The notes under the pieces were generated by a model. It was given only the letters and a program-made list of their open reading frames with translations, was not told where the DNA came from and searched no databases. From Fimbriosthenelais zetlandica (Eukaryota), in NCBI GenBank assembly GCA_977030845.1, contig OZ365114.1:19840001-19904000 (forward strand): 64,000 nt of DNA, in the 5' to 3' direction. Each line of letters starts with the position of its first letter. Position 1 is the stretch's first letter. The position numbers were made by a program, and so were the translations under genes. Shown in pieces: positions 41,087 through 50,534 of this stretch.

Positions 41087-41645
41087 TATAAAGTTTGTAT
41101 TGACATTCTAGTTATTTTCTCATTCAGCGATCTATTTCATCTGATTTATTCTTAACTTCATTAATATGAAGGAGCAACGTTGAAGAAAAATCCCATACAC
41201 TATAGAGAGAGCAGTGGCCGGCACGCCTAGTAGTTCAGCTTACGGCCGCTGAACTGTGCTACTTATCGGAGCCTTGGATTGGAAACGGGGCTGGAGTCCG
41301 GACAGTTTAGGAAATTAGCTACATTTTGAAAATCGAAATTTTTAGAAGCAGTTTCAGCATTTATTTCTTATACCACCCTCTAGACATTGTCCCAACTAAG
41401 ATTTTTCATTTTGAATTTCTTAAATAGACCCAGTGGTTGCCGAGATATTAATGATTTTCGAAATCAGAGTCGTGACACAGATTGTTCAAGTCCTTGTCCG
41501 ACAGAAAATGACACCCTCCTCTATTTCATGTTTAGCTTGATTCCAGTCGTGAGCGGCGGAAGTATGCGAGCGCCGGGCCCTGGCAGCTGCGCAATGATGC
41601 ATGAGACCTAGCTTGATCATATATACTACCATTCTTCATCGTTCT

Positions 41646-41716
41646 GCCGTTAGTCTAGAGGTAAGACGTTGGACTGTAACGTGAGCGACCGGGGTTCAAT
41701 TCACCGTCAACCGGAA
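41646..41716 (+). pseudogene. tRNA-derived sequence (Asp/Pro-like, GTA at the anticodon position); SINE-head-like
   Basis: A-box TAGTCTAGAGG and B-box GGTTCAATTC with tRNA spacing. CTGTAACGTGAGCGACCGGGGTTC resembles tRNA-Asp CTGTCACGCGGGAGACCGGGGTTC. The anticodon and acceptor stems do not pair well. Confidence 0.75.
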
Positions 41717-41920
41717 CATTTTTCTGCTCCATGGGTCGCTCTGCCTACACATAATTATATGATGACAGTGAGCCTTTTTCTGCGACCTCACCGAGCACCC
41801 CTAGCGCCAGCTGTCCGACCAGGCGGGAACCAAGCTATGTTTGATGCTGCTATCTAAAAGATCCCCTCCCAAATGAACACTGCTCAGTTTATAATGTGTA
41901 TTTATCCTGCAGCGAAAAGG

Positions 41921-41992
41921 GATTTACAAGACAGGGAATCGAACCCCGGTCTCTCACGTTACAGTCCAGCGTCTTACTTCTAGACTAACTGG
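41921..41992 (-). pseudogene. tRNA-derived sequence, inverted partner of 41646-41716
   Basis: Minus strand reads CCAGTTAGTCTAGAAGTAAGACGCTGGACTGTAACGTGAGAGACCGGGGTTCGATTCCCTGTC. The B-box GGTTCGATTCC is intact; the cloverleaf stems are imperfect. Confidence 0.78.
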
Positions 41993-42409
41993 ATCATATG
42001 TCTCTGTCTTGCAGATTCAATAAACACACTAAAGCTATTTTGGTCTCATGCTTCATTGCGCACCTGCCTTGGTCAGGCGCTCGTATACTTCCGCCTCTCA
42101 CGACTGGAATCAAGCTAAACATGAGATAGAGGAGGGTGTCATTTTCCGTCGGACAAGGACTTAAACAATCTGTGTCACGACTCTGATTTCGAAAATCTTT
42201 AATATCTCGGCAACCATTGGGTCTTTTTAAGTAATTCAAAATGGAAAATCTTAGTTGGGACAATGTCTAACGGGTGGTATAGGTAATAAATGCTGAAACT
42301 GCTTCTACAAATTTCGATTTTCAAAATATACCCAATTTCACAATGTGTCCCGACTCCAGCTCCGTTTCCAATCCAAGGCTCCGATCTCAGCTGAAAATCA
42401 GGCACAGTG

Positions 42410-42423
42410 GCGCCCTCCGGTGG
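42410..42423 (-). promoter_or_regulatory. CTCF-like motif
   Basis: Minus strand CCACCGGAGGGCGC versus consensus CCACCAGGGGGCGC. Confidence 0.4.
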
Positions 42424-42583
42424 TGGATGAACGAAGGCCTATATTATGACGATTGGCGCAGAGGCCTGATATGATGTGGGAGAACGCTGAACTATGCTAC
42501 TAGGCCTATTATATAGCATTGATCTCTATGGAAGGAGCAAGCCAGCGCGATTGTAGCGACCCGAGAATATGATGCGGGAGAAC

Positions 42584-42744
42584 GCTGAACTATGCTAGGC
42601 CTACTTATCGGAGCCTTGGATTGGAAACGGGGCTGGAGTCGGGACACCTTGTGAAATTGGCTATATTTTGAAATTCGAAATTTTTAGACGCAGTTTCAGC
42701 ATTTATTACCTATACCACCCGTTAGACATTGTCCCAACTAAGAT
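42584..42744 (+). repeat. Third, truncated copy of the foldback arm terminus
   Basis: GCTGAACTATGCT...TACTTATCGGAGCCTTGGATTGGAAACGGGGCTGGAGTC...GACATTGTCCCAACTAAGAT matches 41248-41402 and the reverse complement of the right arm. Confidence 0.85.
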
Positions 42745-42756
42745 GGAGCAAGAAAC

Positions 42757-43079
42757 GCGCCAGTGGCGCCCCGAGATTTGCAGCGGCGAAAAGGTAAACT
42801 AACAGTGCGCTCTCTGTCCAGAATGGGAACCCAATCAAGGCTCTGGTAAAAGCCAACTTGTTGGTAGGCCTACAGTGGCGCCCCCAAGTGGTGGGTGACG
42901 GTATAAGCCTCCGGTGAGGTTAATCATTTGAACATATGTAGTAGCGTAGTTCATCTTTTTGCCGCTGCTAATCTCGAGCTCCCGGCTGGAAGGGGAGGCC
43001 TTTCATTCAGGCTATATGCTGGCTTGTGCATAGTAGTTCACGTTTTCGCCGCTAGGGGATCTCGGGTCGCCACTGGCGC
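42757..43079. mobile_element. Small inverted-repeat (MITE-like) element of a second family
   Basis: 42757-42801 GCGCCAGTGGCGCCCCGAGATTTGCAGCGGCGAAAAGGTAAACTA is an imperfect reverse complement of 43034-43079. A third partial copy is at 42947-42978. No TSD was seen. Confidence 0.55.
42878..42891 (-). promoter_or_regulatory. CTCF-like motif
   Basis: Minus strand CCACTTGGGGGCGC versus consensus CCAC(C/T)AGGGGGCGC; same orientation as the motif at 42410. Confidence 0.4.
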
Positions 43080-43127
43080 TCGGGTGCCTCCTTCCATTGA
43101 CTCCAATGCTAACTGAAGAAATTCAGT

Positions 43128-43280
43128 CAATTTTGAAAATCCGAAATTTTAAATGAATTTTATTTGAATAAAAATCACATAGCCACCTGGAGGTGCTCCC
43201 AACTAAGAATAATCCGTTTCAATTGTAATTTTAGACCCCTTAATTGCGGAGATATTCAACTTCTTAGAAATCAAGCCGCA
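43128..43280 (+). repeat. Diverged relative of the foldback arm module
   Basis: Same motif order as the left arm: TTTTGAAAATC(C)GAAATTT, CCCAACTAAGA, AGACCC, G(C)GGAGATATT, GAAATCA. The sequence between the motifs has diverged. Confidence 0.65.
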
Positions 43281-43431
43281 AAGGATCATGGGAGGAGGTA
43301 AAGTTGGAGAGAAAATTGGCCCGAAATAGCCTCAACTTTTTCAACGCTTCAGTGATCACAGTGATTTAGACTACCTCCTTGGTCGTGGTTCAGGCATCAG
43401 ATCAAGCTTTAGACCATGCTCCTTCAGTCTT

Positions 43432-43507
43432 GTGCATTGCGGTCAAATGGTTAGACCGATGCTAGCGAACGATGTGAGAGGTCGTGGGTTCGAACCCCGA
43501 TCTGGGC
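43432..43507 (+). pseudogene. Third tRNA-like Pol III head, diverged
   Basis: A-box-like CGGTCAAATGG and B-box GGTTCGAACCC (43487-43497) with tRNA-like spacing; GTGAGAGGTCGTGGGTTCGAACCCC. It has no proper cloverleaf. Confidence 0.6.
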
Positions 43508-44107
43508 TTCTTTTCCCTGAAAGAATCTGAAGGGGGTTTCAAGTATTCATTACCTGTACTACCCATAAGACATTTTCCCAACTAAGATTTTTACTTGGAC
43601 ATAGCCTACATGTAGGCCTATATATAACACAATGTCATTTTCAATTCTAGTACGATCGTTTCCAGTCAACAAAGACGTGTCTTTGCCACTATTATTTTGC
43701 AAAAGATTAATATTAAAATCACCGATCAGGAATTTATCATCACGTGCAGTAGTATGACCTAGAGTACGGTAATATGTAATATGTAACAGTCAATTCATTG
43801 AGTCGACGAAGTCGGAAACGCCCCACAGGGGCGACGATAAACAACAGTATTAGTGGCCTATAGCAGTGCCATCGGTAATGCCAAGACCTAACGCCTCAAT
43901 ATTTGTTTCAATACGATTTATTTATTTCATACAATCAGGGACCATTTTTGACAAACCCCAAATAAGATATAACATGGTTTATTTGTAACACATCATTTCT
44001 TAGACCAGTGTTTGTACAAATATTGTCAAAACTTTAAATCCAATTAGAAGTAAATGGCTCAGTATCATAATGCATATTTAAGATATAGGCCCTATGATAA
44101 TTTATTT

Positions 44108-44188
44108 CGGTCACGAGCCAATCCTTCCACCCGAACGGTCACGAGCCAATCCTTCCACCCGAACGGTCACGAGCCAATCCCTCCACGA
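44108..44188. repeat. 28-bp tandem repeat, ~2.8 copies, each with a CCAAT box
   Basis: CGGTCACGAGCCAATCCTTCCACCCGAA occurs at 44108 and 44136 (identical) and partially at 44164. Confidence 0.9.
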
Positions 44189-46173
44189 GTCGATTCTGTA
44201 AAAAGAGCAATAATGATACATATTTACATCGCTTCCAGAATCAGATTATAAAAATTCATTTTCTATGTAAGGCCAGACTTTTTTTTATTGTTTGGTTCGC
44301 GGATCCGCCGACAAATTTTTTTTAATGGAACTAAGATTTAGTCCATCGATTTCGGCCACATACGAGTGCCCCACCACCGGCCAAACTGGGAACTGATGGT
44401 CAATGATGGGGCGTCGCCGGCGTTTGTGGATCTAAGAAAGCACCCAAATGAGCCCAAACTAAAATCCATCAGTAGATTTTAATGTGGAATTTTACGCATC
44501 TAGCTAAGCTGCATGAAAATGAACAGAGACTGAAAGCAGTGTTGTTGTGAGCGATAATAGGGGATTTGGCTGAGGGTGGCGCCTTAATGGTTATTAGTAG
44601 GCAAAGTCAGTGTAGAATGAGACTCTTGGAGATAATAACATAGTCATAGACATAAATTTCAAGGGCCTTTAGGCCCTACCGGCATATAGGCTAAATATGA
44701 TAAGGTTAAATACATGTATGCCTAAAGGGCCTTCGGCCGGAATCCGTGGACAAGTAAAAATAGGCCTTAAAACAATTGCAGAAATTTATTACCCGTTAGG
44801 CCTACCGTAATATAGGGTACTAATCATGTTAGTAAAAAAACTGTTTTAAACAAATATTAGGCCTATTGTCGAATAAAGGGAAATCAGTAGGCCCCTAATC
44901 TGATGATATTAGTATGATATAATCTGATGATATATAGTATAATAAACAGATTGCACTAATGTAAAGCATAGGCTACTACATAGCCACAGAATTGTTCCTG
45001 GGAGAACACTTCTTTGACATAGCGAACCCCATCGCACAACCGACAGAAAGCTTATAAGTTCAATAGAATGAAGCGGTAGTGTTCGCGGTAGGTCTGAGCC
45101 TCCTCTACAAATTTGTGCCACTCGGGCGTATATGACATGAAGATCTTGATGCGTAGTTACGTTTAATATGCACATATTTCATATACACTTGAATATTGAG
45201 CGCGTTCACATCACATTGCTGGAATTCCATGAGCCTCCTAGCCGGGCAGGTGAGTGAGCTTTGACCCTGTGTTTGATCTTGGTCTATGTTAGCTGACCCC
45301 CGGCCTGGTCAGGAGAGAGCATCCCAATCACGAGCTTACAATGTGTTCATCCACCCATCCACACCATGTGTACAAAAACCATTTTCTCCAGTGTAGCTGA
45401 TTTACGATTTTGTTGTTTCGTTTGACAATGACATGTCATATTTTATCCTCCGTAAATTTATACCCAATGCCTTAAGTATAACAATATTTTTCGAACGAAC
45501 GCAATGCCCTTCGAATATCCCGGAAGCCTCCCCCATGGAGCTCGGTTGTGCCGATCAATTTACTGCGGGTTTATTACATTTGACCCATTAGGCCGATTTC
45601 CTCTTATAAGGGCCTACCCGAACCTTTTCTACATATCCATGACTCATTTTGCTTGGAAAGTATTTTTCATGAATATTAGAAGTGAAAGTATACAGTATCT
45701 GTAACATGTCAGGGCATGGCGCCCAAAATCACTTCAATTTGCAAGAGGAAATGGTCCATTTCTGTATGCCAGGCAAGCTTCAATTTTCAGAGAAAATTAT
45801 TCGGGTACTTAGGTACTGGTGGGGCAAGTTTCTACAAACGTGAGGTGGTTATATAAAAGCACCAGGCCCGAGGAATATTTTTCTTCTGAAACGAATTCTT
45901 CCTCACATTAATAATTATTGCCTCCGGAACTTGTACTGCTTTGTGCAGTTATTACAAATACAATAATATAATAGCCTAAAACCAACTTTTGGTTCATTTC
46001 CATGCACATCGCCATTCATTGACCATCATGGGTGAGATACATTGATGTCACTTGTATGAGCAGGGTCAGGAAATGGGAATTTATTGCTTCAATAATATGA
46101 CAATATTACTGCTTTTTTGCATTCACTGGGTCAGGGGGCAGTGATTTCTGGAGGCTTAATCGCCTCCATGCAT

Positions 46174-46590
46174 TAAATTTAATGTACATGGATATATTGA
46201 TCATGATTTTTCATTTAAATTGAATGATAAATTAATTTAATTGAAGATCAAAACGTTTTGATTTAGCATTTAATAAAGTTCTGACACACCAAACTGACAG
46301 ACACCAAGCTTGAACCGACTGACCAAAGATTCCTACCACTCTGGACAACAGATTCTGTCAATTTGGGAACAGACCAACGAGATATTATACTTATAGGTAT
46401 AGCCTATAATAGCCTTACGGACTGTACACATCTTTATACAATGTGTTAATTGTAAAAATGAAATAAAACATAATTAAAAATACAATAAATTATAAATTTA
46501 ATGTACATGGATATATTGATCATGATTTTTCATTTAAATTGAATGATAAATTAATTTAATTGAAGATCAAAACGTTTTGATTTAGCATTT
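46174..46590. repeat. Two identical 98-bp direct repeats flanking a 221-bp unique insert
   Basis: 46174-46271 and 46493-46590 match base for base (TAAATTTAATGTACATGG...TTTTGATTTAGCATTT). Confidence 0.9.
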
Positions 46591-49500
46591 TAAATCAAGA
46601 AGGTACTTGTAGGCTACTATTAATCTGAGCATCACATCGGCTGGTCCAATGTAAACGGAATAAATAGTCCATTAGTCTTCATGGGGAGCCTGTTGTGGCA
46701 AGGGAGCCTCGATTCATTTGTAAGTAAACCACGTGTGTGGTCAATGACAAGGACGGGCACTGAAGGTCATGCTCCTCAATGTTGCTATGTCACATGTGAG
46801 TGTTACTAGAGTCAGGTCATAAATTAAAAATCAACTCACTTAATGAAACTGAGCAGGGCCGAAGTACAATATAGACATTAAGGGGACATGATCCAGAGGG
46901 GGGCTGGGGGTTGTAGGCCTAACTCATCCTTAGAAATTAAAAAAGAGGAGAAAGGGAAACAGAAAAGGGAAAAGATGTATCAAATGAAAGACATCACTGC
47001 ACTCCTACCCCAAACCCCTTCCCTCATATACCGGTATATCATAATATTTCGATTCCCATCCTACTTCTCGTTTCATAATCCACCCTCATTACTAAATAAT
47101 CGAGTCTCCCAGTCCTTTAGTCGCTGAATCATGAACATTTCATGGATGCTCTCATAGTCAGGAGTTCTAAGACCTGGCTTATACATGTATACATCCTGGT
47201 AGAAGTTTGCTTCCATGTGTCACTCCCCCAACCCACTCATGTCACATTTATTTTAGCCTCCGGAGGAGAAAGAAGGGTCTGAGGCAATCCCTGGTACAAA
47301 GAGACTATACGCAGTCAGTGACTATATAGCTTTAGGATTTTACAATTTGTCAACCATTACTCACACAGCTATAGGCATTGCATGAACATACCCAGCCAAA
47401 GGCTAACTTTAAGGTAAGTTACATGTTTCTAGACACATTTTCCTCAATTATTCAAAAGGCTTTTCTTACTAAAGGCTTTTCTTTTCCAAAGGGACTATCT
47501 TACATTGCGAAGCATAAAGGATATATCATAACAAAATGTATTATTCATGGTCGCATATGATGTTTAAAAACATTGTCGTCTAACTCTGAACCAAAAAGAT
47601 AATCCCCATTAATAATCCTCTAGTCAGTCTCTGGGGTTTGGGATGTGGCCCATCCGATCTACAGGCATGTAGTTCATGCAGGATTACATATAATAATAGA
47701 TTATTTGCACCCAGCCATGTTAAACATGTCAGCATGAGGTAAAAGTCATAATGTAGTATATGTACATGTGGTTCATTGTGGGACGTTTATCAGATAGAGG
47801 GATCATTACTATGTCACTTTATGGAGTGATGAATGGAACCTAGAAGCACTGGAACCTGGCATACTATATTCATTATCATTTATCATGGATAATTGATTTT
47901 CTCCCTATTAGGCACTGCCTACTATGGCGATGTCCTATAGTACATTTACTGAGAAGGGGTTTAAAACATTTCGAGCCTATATCACCCAGCAGTTACTTTG
48001 GTTGTCAGTTGGTGGAAATAGATAACAGATAAAGGATTCAAAGGTCAGCTTCACTCACGTAGAAGCTTGAAGGGAACAGTGGATGAAATCCTCGGGAGAC
48101 CTTTAAGCGGTAGTGTGTGAATAATTCACACATTGGTCAGATAAAAAGCAAAAGGAAACAAACCAACAAAAAGAAAAAAGGGGGGTATTGTTGGTAAAGG
48201 CAGGAGAGATATGGGACAAACAAATGGTGTGGTAAAACAATGAGTGCACTCCCTGCCAACACGCAGGAGACCGATGTCTTCCGCTGGCGACAAGGTGCTC
48301 CACATGACTCAATTATTTTATTTCTATCTGAGGAAAAAGGGAATATCCATGTCAAAGGCCATTCTACATGAGTGAGGAGCCCGGCATCAAAATAGATATT
48401 CAGTTATATCCCCTATTGTGTCGGAGGTTAAGGTCAGGTTGACTGATTTTTATTTATAGTTTTCTGTGAAAAACAGGATGAGCCCTTAATGGTTCTAGAG
48501 GTACTAAACATGTTATTCCGATGTGAGTAGAATACAGTGAGTCGACACCGAACAGAAACATCTGGCAGAAAAATGACATTTCTATTATGATCTGTAATGT
48601 ATGCGGTACTAAATGAAATGTACTGCCACCAAATTTTATGGAAAGTACTTCCATCACTTTTGTTGTCAGTGTTCTCCAAGTGGGTTTCAGGGCATTTTGG
48701 TGGGTGAAGGTTTTTAACACTGGCCGACTCTTGACAACCAACTACACACTTATGGTTGTCAGAGACCTGCAATTGGTCTTTACGCATGTGAGACTGGGTT
48801 ATAAGTATACTGGTTAAGCTTTATATACGAGGAAAGTAGATCTTTCATTGTAGAGAAAAAATAACTCAGGGATTCTATCCTGTTGACAATAACATACATG
48901 TAGGCAGAAACCAAAAAATACACTGAGGAACTCTCGGTACTATAGGACATTTAATGGCTGTCTGACTTTGTTATGAGATGTAGACGAATTGTATGGTGGC
49001 TTTCCTAAGCTCAATTACATACAACTGAAGGTAGCAGGAGGGAGGCAGATGGGCTAAACTCTCCAACATCACCAGGCAGCAAACCCCTGAGAATTCCACA
49101 GTCTCATCCCTTAGTTTACCACTACATCCACAAACAAATAAATAGATCCCTGCTGAAAGAAAAAGGGGGCAACCAAAAAGAAAGGTTTATGAAAAACATT
49201 TTCAACAGGGAAACAGATGTTTGAAAGGTGACGGGAACTCGTGCGTGCTTCTAGTGACTGACGTAAGATGAGGGTTTCCATGCAGGCTCTAATGAAAATT
49301 GCATTAGTTTAAGCACATTGTCTTTATCCCATGGTCATTCCATTGTCAAAATGCAGACAGACAAGCAATGAATAATGCACTTGATATTGTGATGCTTTCA
49401 GTGTCCGAGATGACCCTCATATTAGAAGAAATCTCATATAAGTGCGCCAAACTTAAGTTTTTGGATCCCAAGTCCCCCATGCAATGCACCCAGCCATAAA

Positions 49501-50492
49501 ATTAGTATTCCACAGAATATCTCAGTGAGACGTGGATACTTTTCAACTTTACTTTTTACTTTTAGTGTTTTTTGCTCTCTGAAACATATAACGGATTTTG
49601 TATGCAGCCTTCGATTCTGTGCGGGAGGGATACTGGCTTGAGAGTGGACTAAAAGAACAATATTCATGGATGCAGCCAACAGGTATATATTATTCAGGAC
49701 TTATCATAAAGTAACTATCAACAACAGTAGCCCATCAAAGTAAACTCATTCATATCTGACGCCTTTTCATGTTTTTAATCATTACCTTGATCTATTTTTT
49801 TGTTTATGTATGACACAATGATAGATATATATTTTGTATTATTTCTTTTTAATGAACAATTTGTGACTGGCAAATATCTAGATTTTATAATCTCATAAAC
49901 TTATTACCGTATATAACCTATTGGTATTGTTATTAATATATTATAAAAAATATCTAGGTTCACGATTAAGTTTTCAGGTTATTTATAACCTGCATCCATA
50001 TTAAAAAAATTGTTGTTGAAGTCAAAGCAATGAGTGAAGAGAATAGATTGCATGGAATTTGAACCACACACCACACCTTGGTTGTTCCCATCAATATTAG
50101 TATTTGTATGGCAGGTGAAGGGAAGGTAGAGTGTTGAGAATGACATAGAGGAGTTTATAGAGGGAATCTCGTGGTATATCTCTGCTCTTCCACCATGGAG
50201 GATGTTGGCTGAGGTAATACAGACTGAACATCACCACTTTATAAACAACTGCCCCGTGCTGATATAGATTTCTGACAACAAGCCAAAACTCTGCCCTTCC
50301 ATCGTCTGACCCATTCCCACCTCCAGCATGGTGGTGGTGTCTGCATCCAGGAAGTTATGTTTAAACTACAGGTCAAGGTCAAGTTGTAGAAGGCTAAAAG
50401 TTAAGAAATGAATGGGAAAATATTATGTTGTAGAAGTGACCATGCATTGTCATTTGAGTGCTTGAAAAGTATGAGTGAGAAGAGTGGTTTTA

Positions 50493-50534
50493 GGTGGGGG
50501 TGGGGGGTGGGGGGGGGGGGGGGGGGGGGAGGGG
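50493..50534 (+). repeat. Poly-G / GGGT tract, G-quadruplex-capable
   Basis: GGTGGGGGTGGGGGGTGG followed by about 19 more G, then AGGGG. Confidence 0.85.

Larger units (their letters stand above)
41225..42506. mobile_element. Foldback (long inverted repeat) element with a tRNA-derived head inside each arm
   Basis: Arms 41265-41608 and 42042-42385 (344 bp each) are reverse complements at roughly 90% identity by eye. Inside them lie tRNA-like segments in inverted orientation, then a ~200-bp spacer. A short outer inverted match (CCTAGTAGTTCAGC near 41226; GCTGAACTATGCTACTAGG 42486-42505) may extend the ends. Confidence 0.78.

Noticed and set aside
41225-41260. Helitron-like 3' end (hairpin AGTTCAGC...GCTGAACT followed by CTAG on the minus strand)
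   Set aside because: The hairpin is only 1 nt from CTAG and no matching 5' TC end could be identified; it is better explained as part of the inverted-repeat termini.
41646-41992. Functional tRNA-Tyr(GTA) genes
   Set aside because: The anticodon and acceptor stems do not pair and the body resembles Asp/Pro tRNAs, so they were called tRNA-derived instead.
41387-42263. Paired similar ORFs (41387-41611 +, 41994-42263 -)
   Set aside because: The similarity comes from the inverted arms; both use non-ATG starts and show no protein family signal.
45214-45256. Possible first exon ATGAGCCTCCTAGCCGGGCAG|GTGAGT, and a TATA-like TATATAAAAG at 45850
   Set aside because: No downstream exon could be linked, and such signals arise by chance in AT-rich DNA.
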